Below are positions 26,001-41,300 of a stretch of 64,000 nucleotides of DNA, piece after piece (position 1 is the first letter of the stretch; the number at the start of each line of letters is the position of its first letter). Under the pieces are notes generated by a model. That model made no database searches. It was not told where the DNA came from and was given only the letters and a program-made list of their open reading frames with translations. The DNA comes from Eledone cirrhosa. Lineage: Eukaryota. Both the position numbers and the translations under genes were made by a program. The DNA lies in the NCBI GenBank assembly GCA_964016885.1, contig OZ024759.1, forward strand, positions 16,740,001-16,804,000, read 5' to 3'.

Positions 26001-28495
26001 TTAATTGTGTCTATTAAGAAAATGCAAAAGAATGTGATACGAACTGTGGCTCTCACTGCAGATCCTTTTAAAGTTGCTACTCAAATGGTAAGTAATTAAA
26101 TCCTAGCTTTACTTGTATAGATTTTGAAGGTGTATGTGTGTGTGTGACCTAGTGGTCAGGATCTCACGCTCCCAATCAGACGGTTGTGGGTTCAATTCCT
26201 GGATCAGCTGGTGCATTGGTCCCTATCATTAAAACAGCATAGAAAATTCCTATGAGGTGTATCTTCAAGGGAGTCCAGCTAAACTGACATAGGTGTGAGC
26301 TGTAACAACATGATAGAACTGGGGCCTCCTACCATTAAAATACTTACTCAAGAAACCTGCTATGATGAAATACAATCTTGTAGGGGGCTTGCAAAACCTA
26401 CTTAACTGTGAGCTTTTAATTTATTTTCTTATTCTAATATGTACCTAGTTTACACTGTAAAGTGGTAGTGCTGGTGCCATGTTAATATACACCCAGTTTA
26501 CACTGTAAAGTGGTAGTGCTGGCGCCATGTTAATATACACCCAGTTTACACTGTAAAGTGGTAGTGCTGGCGCCATGTTAATATACACCCAGTTTACACT
26601 GTAAAGTGGTAGTGCTGGTGCCATGTTAATATACACCTAGTTTACACTGTAAAGTTGTAGTGCTGGTGCCATGTTAATATACACCTAGTTTACACTGTAA
26701 AGTTGTAGTGCTAGTGACATAATATACACCCAGTTTACACAGTAAAGTTGTAGTGCTGGTGCCATGTTAATATACACCCAGTTTACACTGTAAAGTGGTA
26801 GTGCTGGTGCCATGTTAATATACACCTAGTTTACACTGTAAAGTGGTAGTGCTGGCGCCATGTTAATATACACCCAGTTTACACAGTAAAGTTGTAGTGC
26901 TGGTGCCATGTTAATATACACCCAGTTTACACTGTAAAGTGGTAGTGCTGGTGCCATGTTAATATACACCCAGTTTACACTGTAAAGTGGTAGTGCTGGC
27001 GCCATGTTAATATACACCCAGTTTACACAGTAAAGTGGTAGTGCTGGTGCCATGTTAATATACACCCAGTTTACACTGTAAAGTGGTAGTGCTGGCGCCA
27101 TGTTAATATACACCCAGTTTACACTGTAAAGTGGTAGTGCTAGTGACATAATAATATACACCTAGTTTACACAGTAAAGTTGTTGTGCTGGTGCCATGTT
27201 AATATACACCCAGTTTACACAGTAAAGTGGTAGTGCTGGTGCCATGTTAATATACACCCAGTTTACACTGTAAAGTTGTAGTGCTGGTGCCATGTTAATA
27301 TACACCCAGTTTACACTGTAAAGTGGTAGTGCTAGTGACATAATAATATACACCTAGTTTACACAGTAAAGTTGTTGTGCTGGTGCCATGTTAATATACA
27401 CCCAGTTTACACAGTAAAGTTGTAGTGCTGGTGCCATGTTAATATACACCCAGTTTACACAGTAAAGTTGTAGTGCTGGTGCCATAATAATATAAAACTC
27501 AGTCTGCCGTTTTTGGCTTGGCTTATATGGTTGGATGCCCTTCTTAATACCAAACATTTCATCATGGCAAGGAGTTAATATATTTTTCGTATTTTCATGA
27601 ATTTAGTTGACATATTTATATATAACAGTGGACTGAATGGCTAAGAAGTTTGTTTCACAATCATTAGGTCCCAGGTTCAATTCCACTGGTGGACATCTCG
27701 GGCAAGTGTCCTTTACCATAACATTAGGCTGACCCCCATGTCTTATGAGTGGAATTTGGAAGACTGAAACAGGCTGCCTCATTTATCAAACAACTGGAAC
27801 ACTCACTGTTGAAATTGATAGAGGTCTATCCTACAGGGTGGGCCGTAAGTCATGCACCAAAGCATTAAAAACAATTTAGTATACATGTACATTGTATTGT
27901 ATTAATAACAAAAATTATATTGAAATAACAAAAGTATGATTTACATCATCCTATTATCTGTGATTTTAAGGAACTGATTGAGTCCAATAGTTGACATTTT
28001 GGCACGACAGCTCATGCTGTTGGTGTATGACTTAAAGCCCACCCTGTATATACACCATGGTTGGTTGTGTAAAATCCTTTTTTCTTTTTCTTTTTCATAG
28101 ATAAAAGATTCTCCAAAAATCCCTATAACAAGTATCTGTCCAGGTCTGCAAGCTGAAGCTACTATTATCAAAGTAAGTAGTTACTGTTCTGTATATTTAC
28201 TATTGTATTTTCACAGTTAGCACTTTATCTCACATAATATCAAAACTACGAGATTTTGATATTATTTATTTTGGGAACAATACATTAACATAAGTATCAG
28301 TGGCCGGCTATGGCCAGTTTGAACAGAAAGAGGTGAGAGAATTCTGGCCGGATATGGCCGGCTTAAATGCTAAAGGGTTAAACAAGGTCACTAAAAAAAA
28401 AATGACCCCATTTTTATTTTTTTCCGCATTATTCATTTTTGATGAACCTATATTCAGATTTAAGTTTTTGATGGTCTTATTTACATGGATGTGTG

Positions 28496-28532
<37 letters not shown>

Positions 28533-31500
28533 ATATAATATTAAATAAAAGCTAAACTCGCTTTCTTCAGTTCAGCATTCATGCCAACCCTTACCTATGG
28601 TCATGAATCTTGGGTAATGACCAAAAGAATATGATTGCGAATACAAGTGGCCGAAGTGGGATTCCTCCAAAGGGTCTTTGGAGTAATGTTACTCGATGAA
28701 CTGCTTGGATCGGAGATCAGAGAGTCACTCCAGGTAGAGCTGCTACTTCTCCGAATTGAGAGATCACAGCTCCGATACTATGGACATGTGGTTAGAATGT
28801 CTCAGGAAAGAATCGTTGGACAGATTTTATGGGCAAAACCAACTGGTAGGAGACCCAGGGGTAGACCCACTCCGAGCAAGATGGTTGGATAACGTCCACG
28901 AGCTTGGCTGGTCACTCTTGGGGATCCAACCAGATCAATTGGAGACGGTTGCTTCTGACAAGACTTGCTGGAAAGAGAGTTTGAGGACTCTTTCCCCCAT
29001 AAGCCTCTCAGGAATAAGTGGGTGAAGAAGAAAAAGAATATTAAATACAGTGAAGGCCAATATTCTGTAATGCTCCAGCTTGTACTCTTTGTACATGTCG
29101 TAGAATGCTTCATTTTATCTGCATCACTGCTGACCGACTAGAATGTGGATTGCACAACCCTGGCTGGTTAGCTCTCTATTCAAATGATATACAGTGTACC
29201 CTCAGCATTCGCGGTCCTGGTTATTTGCAGAAATTTCCTTAGAACCTAACTAATAATTGTTCATGGAAACTTCCGCGATTTTTTAATGGCTTTCGTCATG
29301 GCAATATATATATTTTTAATGCTAAATTATTAATAATACCGTATTTGCCGGCCTATCGGATGACCCTTCGTATAAGACGCTGTTTTTATTCTATTTTACG
29401 TTATATTTTGATGTTTATAGGCATTTTTATGGACCGCGTCCAATATTCGCAGTTTTTTCACTAACTCAAGTACTCTAGGAATATAACCCCCTTGAATACC
29501 AGGGGACAACTGTATATATGTATATATTTGATATATATTTATCCTTATTGAGCCCTCTTTGGATTTTAGTCTTCAAATTTATTATTATTACTATAATATA
29601 TATATATATATAATCTATCTTTCTATTCCGCAGGATGAAGGTTCTCACTTTGAAGCTAAATTCCTGTCATATGATGCTGTTATACCAAAGTATTATTGCA
29701 AACAAGAACTTAAATTAAATTCAGTGGTATAGTAACATATTTATTTATAATGTTTTTGTTTAATATTTAAAAAAAAAAATTTAAGCCGTTTTGCAATTTC
29801 AACATTTTCATCACTGTTTAATGTCTATTTTCTTGCATGGGTTAGACAGGTTGTCATGTTTTGCGACAAGTCAGGTCAGGTGAGCATATCTTGTTCATAT
29901 GGATTTGTTTTTACCCTTGCTAACGAAGTGCTTTTGCATAATTTAAGGGCAGTGGATTGGCAGTATCAGTAGAGCATCAGACAAAATGTTTTGTGGCATT
30001 TATTTAAGACTTTCTACATTCTAAGTTTAAATCCCACCAAGGTTAACTTTGCCTTTCATCTTTCTGGGGTTGATAAAATACAGTACCAGTTATGTACTGA
30101 AGTTGATAAAATCAACTTTCTTCTTCCTCCGTATAATCTATATTTCCATACTGAAGGAATGCTCTGTTCTTCTGTCTGCCTTATTCTGGCAAAAAGCACC
30201 AAACACACACTGTAAATGTAGTTGGTGTTAGGAAGGGCAACCAGCCAGAAACAGTCCTATATGAGCAAGGCACGGTCACCTGACTCAACCTGTCTCGAAT
30301 GGGACAAACCTGTCTAACCCATGCTAGCATGGAAAATCGATGTTAAATGATGATATATATATAGATAGAGAGAGAGAGAGAGAGTGTGTGTGAAGATATT
30401 GATTGGATATATAGATAAACACAGTGTGTAGATGTTGACTGGATATATATATATATATATATATATCATCATCATCATCGTTTAACGTCCATATTCCACG
30501 CTTACATGGGTTTGGACGGGAGTTTTCCCACTTGAGACAAGAGTGGTTGTCTTGCTCGCATAGGACTGCCCGGCGGGTTTTCTATGGCTGGATGCCCTTC
30601 CTAACACCAACCACATTTACAGTGTGGAACTGGGAGGTTTTTACCGTGTTACCTACACGGCCACATTACAGCGTGGACTGTGTTTTTTTTTGTCGTGACA
30701 CCTACATGACCTCATTTGTTTCGGACTGGATGTTGTGGTACCAACATAACTTTACATTGAAAGGGGTGGTGTGGATGGGGTGGGGGTAGTGGGACGGGGG
30801 TGTATTTTGTTAGATGTGCCTATATATATATATATAGAGAGAGAGACAGAGAGATACAGTGTGGAGATGATGACTGGATGTATAGATAGATGCAAAAATT
30901 ATACTCTAAATGGCACTTAGAACATTTAAATATCAAAATATTGACATCATGAGACTTTCAAAGCCATACTACCTAAACAATGTGTTGATTAGCTGCCTCA
31001 GTTTGGATTTTTTGCCTATTTCTCGGACATAAAATAGGGGGTCAGTTTATATTCGAGTATATATGGTAAATCATTTTTTTTTTATTATTCATATTTGACA
31101 GGTACGAGCCACAGTCCTTCAACATCACCCCGAGACTAATATTATTACTCTGCATCTGAAAATGACCCCTGGCTGTGTGGAATCTGAGCTTTTCCCAGGT
31201 ATTTCAATTGGTGACATCATTGATGGTGTTGTGAAACACATCAATGTCAACAATGAGTTATATCTTCAACTCTCAAATGGATTTTGGGGTTTTGCATATG
31301 TGAGTTGGAATTTTTTTGTTATGTATTGTATAATGTAGAGTTTGTTATGAGTTTTCTTTTTAAGCCCCCCCCCCCCCCCCCCCCCCAAATTTCATCACAT
31401 CTGAGGGCAGGGTTAAATCCTTTGGAGGCCCTTAGTCTTTAATCTGATGACTGCCGCGTATATTTTACACAGTTGCAGTTGCTGTGTTGGTTTTTAAAAA

Positions 31501-34500
31501 AAATAAAATGACTATTTTGATTGACAAACGTCACATCAATAAACTAGTAACCCCATCTAGCTTTGAAGTTATGAACTGTTGGAAATGAGTTCACAACTTT
31601 GAAGTTATGAACTGTTGGAAACGAATTCACAACTTTGAAGTTATGAACTGTTGGAAACGAGTTCATAACTTTGAAGCTATGAACTGTTGGGAAGGAGTTC
31701 CAACATGTTAAGATGAGTTATTTCATCTACGGCACTGAAGAGGTTAAAAGATTAAGCCCCTTTCCCCCTCCATATATTTACTGAGGTATTTTGTAAAAGA
31801 TGTATTACTGTATTTTATTATGTAATATAGAGCATATACATATTATAGTCACCAGAACTAGGCTGTGATACTAGAAGATGTGTTGGTATATTAAATATAT
31901 ACATTATTAAATATATATTACTATATAATATATACAACATGTATATATTGTAGTCACCAGAACTAGGCTGTGATAATCATCAATGAATACATTTTACTGA
32001 GATATTTTATTTAAGGTGTATTATGTGTTATACTATAAAATATGCTGCATGTATAGTGGTAAGAACCTCTCAGGAGAAGGTCTTAGAAGAAGAACCCCAC
32101 CCTCAAGCAAGTGTTTCAGCCCTTAACTTCTTATATTATAGTCACAAGAACAAGGCTGTGACAACAATCAGTGGATACTGCAAGATGTGTTACTAGATTT
32201 AATATATACATTATTAAATATATATTACTGTATATATATATATTTATGTCTAAAGTCTGTCTGAAGCCTGGAGGCTCATCAGACCAGTATTTATTCCAGT
32301 TTCAGTGACATTAAACACCTACGAGTACAAGACTTACCCCTGAACAGGACGCCAGTCCATTGCAGGGTTAAACTCCCAGTTATTGCAGGTACTCATCTTC
32401 AGCTGAATATACTGGAGCAACATGAAATGAAGTGTTTTGTTCAAGAACACAACACACAACCCAGTCCAGGAATTGAACCCACAACTTTGTGGTCCAACAC
32501 TCTTACCATTAGGCCACGCTCTTCCATGTATAATATTTATATATTATAATCACCACAACAAAGCTGAGATAATCACTAGTTATACATTTTACTGAAGTTT
32601 TTGAACAATGTGTCTGAACAATTAAAACATAAGACATGAAAATGTGTGTAAGACTGTAAATCTATAATTTTATTAAAACAGGTTAATGACTTTGAAAATC
32701 AATCACATTAAATATAGTTTAATATCAGTAATCACCAATTAAAAGTCTGTGGATTGCATTTCTGATTGATATTTTTTTTCTTGTTTTCCAGTCTCCATAT
32801 GTCACTGAACATAAAAGACCTTCAGTAAAGGAAAAGTATTTTATTGATTCTAATCACAGGTTAATATTGTCTTATTTGATATTTCAGTTTATTTTTTCTC
32901 TTATTCATTCTCACCTCTAGCTTGTGTGTGTAGCATGACCAAATGGTAAAAAAGTTTGCTTCACAACCATAATGTCCCAGTGTTTTCTTAATTCGAATGA
33001 TTATAGTATCTTTACTAGGTGACAGTATTAGAGTAAAGACTTTAATATTTAATGTGATACAGTCAGTTATGTCAAAACTAAAGTTGAATATGTTTGGTTG
33101 TTATTAACTCTTAACACCCTGTAATGATTTAGCAGAAAATAACTAAATATAACTGTAACTGACTGCTCATACTTATGTTAAGGTAGTGTTCTCAAAATAA
33201 ATAATATTAAAATTTCATAGATTCAATATGTGAAATATTATGTGAGGTTAAGCCTTTACTGTGAAAATACAATAGTAAATATAAAGTAATATAAATGCTA
33301 AAGGGTTAATTCTTAACATCCTGTAATGATTCAGCAGAAAATAACTAAGGACAGGTTTGTTAATTTAAATGTTTATAGGATCTTTATTAGGTAACAAATC
33401 TTTGTGAACATTTACAGTATTAGAGAATAAAGACTTTGATATTCAATTCTTAACATCCTGTAATGATTTAGCAGAAAATATCTGAAAATGGATGCTATGT
33501 TTTTACAGCCAACCCTCTCCACTACTAATTATATTCCTATATTTTTGTTTTTATAAATTTTTCTCTTTTCTTTATTTAGATGCTGCGTGATGAGATTTTT
33601 GCCACTTGAAAACTTAATTGAAGTGAAGCTAAACTGGTTAGTACAGAGATAAAGATTAATTTAATATTTGATATTGTTATGGGTATAAGAGGGATAAGTT
33701 GTGGTGTGCAGGAGAGAGGGCTGAGATGGTATGGACATGTGATGCGCATGGAGGATGACCGATGGGTGAAGAAGTGCCAGGAAGTCCCAGTGGAGGGAAG
33801 ACGCAGTAGAGGTAGACCACGAAAAACATGGGCGGAGGTGGTGAGAGCGGGCCACAGATCGCTGAAGTTCATGGAGGAGATGACGAAGGACCGTGACAAG
33901 TGGAGAGATGCTGTGCTGAATAAGACCCGTCCCACCCTTGCAAGCAGGGAAAAGCGGACGTAAAATGATGATGATGATGCGAAGTTGGCATAAAGGTGCC
34001 ACTACAATAACACCCAGTCTACCCTGTAAGGTGGGTGTGTTGGTATCACAACAACAATGCCCAGTCCACCCTGTGAGGTGGTAGTACTGCTGTCAACAAT
34101 AACACCCAGTCCACTCTGTGAGGTAGTCATACTGGGGCTATAAGTGCTGCTGTCAACAATAACACCCAGTCTATCCCGTAAGGTGGTAGTGCTGGTACCA
34201 CAGCAAAACCAACCAGTCTATCCTGTAAGGTGGTAGTGCTGGTACCACAGCAAAACCAACCAGTCTATCCTGTAAGGTGGTAGTGTTGGTACCACAGCAA
34301 AACCAACCAGTCTACCCTGTAAGGTGGTAGTGTTGGTACCACAGCAAAACCAACCAGTCTATCCTGTAAGGTGGTAGTGCTGGTACCACAGCAAAACCAA
34401 CCAGTCTACCCTGTAAGGTGGTAGTGTTGGTACCACAGCAAAACCAACCAGTCTACCCTATAAGGTGGTAGTGTTGGTACCACAGCAAAACCAACCAGTC

Positions 34501-35361
34501 TATCCTGTAAGGTGGTAGTGCTGGTACCACAGCAAAACCAACCAGTCTACCCTGTAAGGTGGTAGTGTTGGTACCACAGCAAAACCAACCAGTCTACCCT
34601 GTAAGGTGGTAGTGCTGCCACAACAATAACACCCAGTCTACCCTGTAAGGTGGTAGTGCTGGTACCACAGCAAAACCAACCAGTCTATCCTGTAAGGTGG
34701 TAGTGCTGGTACCACAGCAAAACCAACCAGTCTACCCTGTAAGGTGGTAGTGTTGGTACCACAGCAAAACCAACCAGTCTACCCTGTAAGGTGGTAGTGT
34801 TGGTACCACAGCAAAACCAACCAGTCTACCCTGTAAGGTGGTAGTGCTGGTACCACAACAAAACCAACCAGTCTACCCTGTAAGGTGGTAGTGCTGGTAC
34901 CACAGCAAAACCAACCAGTCTATCCTGTAAGGTGGTAGTGCTGGTACCACAGCAATACCAACCAGTCTACCCTGTAAGGTGGTAGTGCTGGTACCACAGC
35001 AAAACCAACCAGTCTACCCTGTAAGGTGGTAGTGCTGGTACCACAACAAAACCAACCAGTCTACCCTGTAAGGTGGTAGTGTTGGTACCACAACAAAACC
35101 AACCAGTCTACCCTGTAAGGTGGTAGTGCTGGTACCACAACAAAACCAACCAGTCTACCCTGTAAGGTGGTATTGCTGCCACGTGGTAGTGCTGGTACCA
35201 CAACAAAAATACCCAGACTATCCTGGGGCTACAGCAAAACTACCCATTCTATCCAGTAAGCTGTATGATGCTTGTGCATGAAGTGCAATGTTAATAAATG
35301 TGAAAGGCAAAGTTTAGTAAACTAATTTAATTGTTGGAAAATCAAGGGCGACCATAATCAT

Positions 35362-35394
<33 letters not shown>

Positions 35395-38300
35395 ATCTCT
35401 GTTTTCCAAGCTGGCATGAGTTCAATGATTGGTTACTCTCTGAGACAAGACTTGGTCGGACAACTACATCTCACTCAGATGATCAATATTTTGGCATGAT
35501 TTTTATAGCTGGATGGTTCTTCTACTGATAACCTCTTTACAGAGTGTACTGGGTGTATTTCATCCTGGCATCAACACTAATGAGTGAGGTTGCCATGTCC
35601 TTGATACAGCTGGAGAGTTCCCTCTACCCTTTTGGCATGTTTTCTACAGTTGGGTGTCACTCTTAATACCAATTACTTTACAGAGTGTCATCATCACCGT
35701 TTTACGTCTGTTCTTCCACGCTAGCATGGGTTAGACAGGTTGTCCTGTTGTGGGCAGTGTCCGGTTGGCTGACCTTGTCTTGCTCATACGGGAACTAATT
35801 CTGGCTTGATTTCTACAGCTGGATGCCCTTCCTAACATCAACCTCATTTACAGTGAGTGCGGGGAGCTTTTTTTCCGTGGCGCCTACACGTCCACTGTAC
35901 AGTGTGAGCTGGGTGCTTTTTTTTTTTTCTTTTGCCGTGGCACCTCCACAACCACTTTGCAGTGGAATGACAGGGACCCCAGTCCTATCATCTCATTTCT
36001 ACAGCTGAGTAAACTGGAGCAATGTGAAATAAAGTGTCTTGCTCAAGGAAACAACACATCACCCGGTCCGAGGATTGAACTCACAACCTTTCGATTGCAA
36101 GGCCAATGCTCTAATCACTAAGCCATGCACCTTCATGTATTGGGTGCATTTTAGTACTATGGATCCAGCTGTAGAAACCACACTCCCAATACATGTTGTA
36201 ATGTAGTTGGCATTAAGAAGAGTATCCAGCTGTAGAAACCATGTTTCCAATACACTCTGTAAAGTGGTTGGCATTAAGAAGGACATCTAGCTGTGGAATA
36301 ATGTAAACAAGAAGTCTATTAGACCATAGTACTGTTGGTATTATGGTGGTGAATTGACAAAGTTGTCAGGGCATTGGATTAGAAATTCCTCAGTGTTTAT
36401 TCAGGCTCACTGTGTTCTGAGTTCAAATCCTGCCAAAGTCAACTACTGGGATCGGTTCTTCTTCTTTCTCTTTTGTTTTCTCTCTCTGTCTCACCTGGAA
36501 AGGTGATGGTCTCCACTAGGTTTAAAATGTCACTACGGCTCCCCTCCAACTCCATCAGGAGTGAAGGGTCCTTGTGGTAATTTATGCAGGCTCTTTAACC
36601 CTTTAACATTACTCTATATATACTATTGTATTTTCATGGTAAAGGCTTTATCTCACATAATATCGAATCTATGAGATTTTGATATTTTTTATTTTGAGAA
36701 GAATACCATAACATCAGTATGAGCAGCCGGTTACGGCCGGTTTGAATAGGAAGAGGTGAGAGAATTATGGCTGGTTTGAATGCTAAAGGTCAACTTTACC
36801 TTTCATCCTTCTGAGATTGGTAAAATAAAGTACCATTTACCTACTGGAGTTGATATAATTACTGTATACTCTCAAATATAAGCTGACCCCACTATTTTTT
36901 GTCTGAGAAATGAGCAAAGATCCAAAATTTATTTCCATAGAATTTGAAGTTGGGGAAAACAATTGTCAAAATATTGACCCTGAATATATACAAGTCCCCT
37001 TCTGCCATTGGTTTATTTTGGTCACATATTCCTTAGCTTGAGTCATCATCATCATCGATTAACGTCAATCTTCCATGCTAGCATGTGTTAAACTGGTTTG
37101 TCCCATTTAGAAGCAAGTTGGGTCAGGTGACTGTTTTTCGCTCATATAGGAGTGTTTCTGGCTGGTTTTCTACGGCTGGATGCCCTTCCTAACGCCAATC
37201 ACATTGACAGTGTGTGCTGGGTGCTTTTTGCTGTGTCTTTTACATGATCACTTTACAGTGTAGGCTGGATGTTATATACATATATACACACATGGTCTAT
37301 ATATACATATTTGTGTATATACGCACATATCATCACCTCCGTCTTTAAGTCCATTTTCCACACTAGTATGGGTTAGACGGGATTGTCCTGTTTTGGGCAA
37401 TCCTAGGTCAGATGACCATATGGAAATTTTCAAATTGCTGTCCTTTGGCTTAAATTAGAATCCATTATTTGACTCAATGTGTTCTTTTCTATCTTTTAAC
37501 ATAGGAAACCAAAGAGTTTTGAAAATTTGCAAGAGAAGGATATTGTCTCTGGTGATGTCTTGAAGGTATGTGGAAGCTGTTTTATATTTTCCCCTCTACT
37601 TTCTATCTTTCTTTCGGTGTTGAAAAGTATGTGCTTAATGCTAAACTCATCAAATCTTTTATTAATTCTTATTGTCATGTACCACATGAAGTATCCTTAG
37701 CAAAACATTCTTGAAAATTACAAAACAGAACTCTGACTCCATTACATATAAAATTAAAGTCTTTGCTCTAATATTATAAAATTTTTAAAAGATCTGTCCA
37801 GATATTATAAACATTTGAATAAATAAACCACATTAGCAAGATATTCTTGAGCATTACAAAACAGCGCTATGACTGCATCACATCTAAAATTAAAGTCTGC
37901 ACTAATACTATAAATTTTTACAAAAGTCTGTCCACAAGTAAAGATACTATAAACATTTGAATTAACAAACCACATGAAACTAAATTAGCAAGACATTCTT
38001 GAAACTATTAAACAGTACTATAACTGCATCACATTAAGAATTATATAGTATTTGTTCTAATAAGTAAATATTATAGGATGTTAAGAATTGCAGGGTCTAC
38101 CAATTATTCTGTACAAGTTTATTGGAAAAGATTGCATCACAAAATCCTTATTGGAAGACTGGTTCAAATTAAATTTTTTAACCTTTTTTGTATCACATTT
38201 TTCATGAAAGACACCAACTATGATTTCCGAATAATTTTGAAGATATCCCAAAATGGAGGTTGTCATGTCTTTCATGGTAGGTTTCCTATGATTAGATGCC

Positions 38301-41300
38301 CTTCCTATCACCAACTACATTACATATCTTCAGTACAGTTGAATGGTCCTCATGACTCCTTGTTTGGCAGGTTTCCAATGATTAGGTGCCCTTCCTATTA
38401 TCAACCACATTACACAGTTGAAGGGTCTTCTATGGTTGGATGCCCTTCCTATCACCAACCACTTTAATGTCCTCCATACAACCGGATAGTCCTCCCAACT
38501 CTCCAGTATGTTATTCAAGTAGCTAATAGTAATCTTATTGATTTGTTGCAGACAAAAACGGCAGAAATACAGAAAAAGGAAAAGAAAAAAAAGGCTGATA
38601 AAATCAAGCTTGAAATGGAAAAGGTGAGTTTTAATATTACATCTTTAATATATCCCCATACCTATTGTCATCATCAATATTGTTTAATGTCTTCCATACT
38701 TACATAGGTTAGACAGGTTGTCATGTTCTGGGACTAGACTAAAGAGGTGAACATATCTAGATCATACGTTTCATTTTTGGCTTGGTTTCTACAGTTGGAT
38801 GTCCTTCTTAACACCAACCACTTTACAACATGTACTGGGAGCTTGGTTTCTACAGCTGGATGTCCTTCTTAACACCAACCACTTTACAACATGTAGAGGG
38901 AGCTTGGTTTCTACAGTTGGATGTCCTTCTTAACACCAACCATTTTACAACATGTAGAGGGAGCTTGGTTTCTACAGTTGGATGTCCTTCTTAACACCAA
39001 CCACTTTACAACATGTAGAGGGAGCTTGGTTTCTACAGTTGGATGTCCTTCTTAACACCAACCACTTTACAACATGTACTGGAAGCTTGGTTTCTACAGT
39101 TGGATGTCCTTCTTAACACCAACCACTTTACAACATGTACTGGAAGCTTGGTTTCTACAGCTTGATGACTTTAATACCAATCACTTTACAACATGTACTG
39201 GAATCATGGTTTCTACGGTTAAATATCCTTAATACCAACCACTTTACAGCATGTACAGGGAGCATGGTTCCTATGACTGGATGTCCTCCTTAACACCAAC
39301 CACTTTACAATATGTACTGGAACCATGGTTCCTACAGTTGGATGTTCTTAACACCAACCACTTTACAGCATGTACTGGGAGCTTGGTTTCTACAGATGGA
39401 TGTCCTTCCTAACACCAACTACTTTACAACATGTACTGGAACCGTGGTTTCTACAGCTGGATTTCCTTCCTAACACCACCCAATTTACAGAGTGTACTGG
39501 GAGCATGGTTTCTACAGCTGGATGTTCTTAATACCACCCACTTTACAGTGTACTGAGAGCATGGTTTCTATGGTTGGATGCCTTTCCTATCATCAACCTC
39601 TTTACAGAGTGTACTGGGTGTATTTATCTTGTAGATCTCCAACACTGGAGGTTGTCATGTCGTCAACACAGCAGAAAAGTCTTCTCAAATCTGTGTTTGA
39701 TAGGTTTCCTCTAGCTTGATGTCCTTCCTTTCACCAACCACATTACATGTCCTCGACATAGCTAAAGTTTCTTCCTGGCCCTGTGTTTACCAGGTTTTCT
39801 ATTGGATGTCCTTCTTATCACCAACCACATTACACATCCTTGACACAGCTTAATAGTCCTCCCAACTCTCCAGTATGTTATTCAAGTGGCTAATAGTAAT
39901 CTTATTGATTTGTTGCAGACAAAAACAGCAGAAATACGGAAAAAGGAAAAGAAAAGAAATGCTGATGAAATTAAGCTTGAAAGGGAAAAGGTGAATTTTA
40001 GTATTACATCTTTAATATATCCCCATACCTATTGTCATCATCAATATTGTTTAATGTCTTCCATACTTACATAGGTTAGACAGGTTGTCATGTTCTGGGA
40101 CTAGACTAAAGAGGTGAACATATCTAGATCATGCGTTTCATTTTTGGCTTGGTTTCTACAGTTGGATGTCCTTCTTAACACCAACCACTTTACAACATGT
40201 AGAGGGAGCTTGGTTTCTACAGCTGGATATCCTTCTTAACACCAACCACTTTACAGCATGTACAGGGAGCTTGGTTTCTACAGATGGATGTCCTTCTTAA
40301 CACCAACCACTTTACAACATGTACTGGAAGCTTGGTTTCTACAGATGGATGTCCTTCTTAACACCAACCACTTTACATGTACTGGAATCATGGTTTCTAC
40401 AGTTAAATATCCTTAATACCACCCACTTTACAGTGTACTGGGAGCATGGTTTCTATGGATGGATGCCATTCCTATCACCAACCTCTTTACAGAGTGTACT
40501 GGGTGTATTTATCTTGTAGATCTCCAACACTGGAGGTTGTCATGTCTTCAACACAGCAGAAAAGTCTTCTCAAATCTGTGTTTGATAGGTTTTCTATTGG
40601 ATGTCCTTCCTATCACCAACCACATTACATGTCCTCGACATAGCTAAAGTTTCTTCCTGGCCCTGTGTTTACCAGGTTTTCTATTGGATGTCCTTCCTAT
40701 CACCAACCACATTACACGTCCTTGACACAGCTTCAAGTGGCTAATAGTAATCTTATTGATTTGTTGCAGACAAAAACAGCAGAAATACGGAAAAAGGAAA
40801 AGAAAAGAAATGCTGATGAAATTAAGCTTGAAAGGGAAAAGGTGAGTTTTAGTATTACATCTTTAATATATCCCCATACCTATTGTCATCATCAACATTG
40901 TTTAATGTCTTCCATACTTACATAGGTTAGACAGGTTGTCATGTTCTGGGACTAGACTAAAGAGGTGAACATATCTAGATCATACGTTTCATTTTTGGCT
41001 TGGTTTCTACAGATGGATGTCCTTCTTAACATCAACCACTTTACAGCATGTACAGGGAGCTTGGTTTCTACAGTTGGATGTCCTTCTTAACACCAACCAC
41101 TTTACAGCATGTACAGGGAGCTTGGTTTCTACAGTTGGATATCCTTAATACCACCCACTTTACAGCATGTACAAGGAGCATGATTTCTATTGCTGGATGC
41201 CATTCCCATCACCAACCTCTTTACAGAGTATACTGGGTGTATTTATCTTGTAGATCTCCAACACTGGAGGTTGTCATGTCTTCACCACAGCAGAAAAGTC

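Noticed and set aside
26445-27557. Minus-strand ORFs with [16 protein letters not shown] repeats
   Set aside because: Translation of a 48-bp minisatellite interrupted by stops.
37691-37700. Second GTATCCTT U12-like donor
   Set aside because: It lies in a dispersed repeat, with no open exon ending there and no matching branch box at the next acceptor.
38078-38467. 129-aa ORF as the missing S1 exon
   Set aside because: No S1 pattern; it is built from a TIR-element end and SINE-derived repeats.
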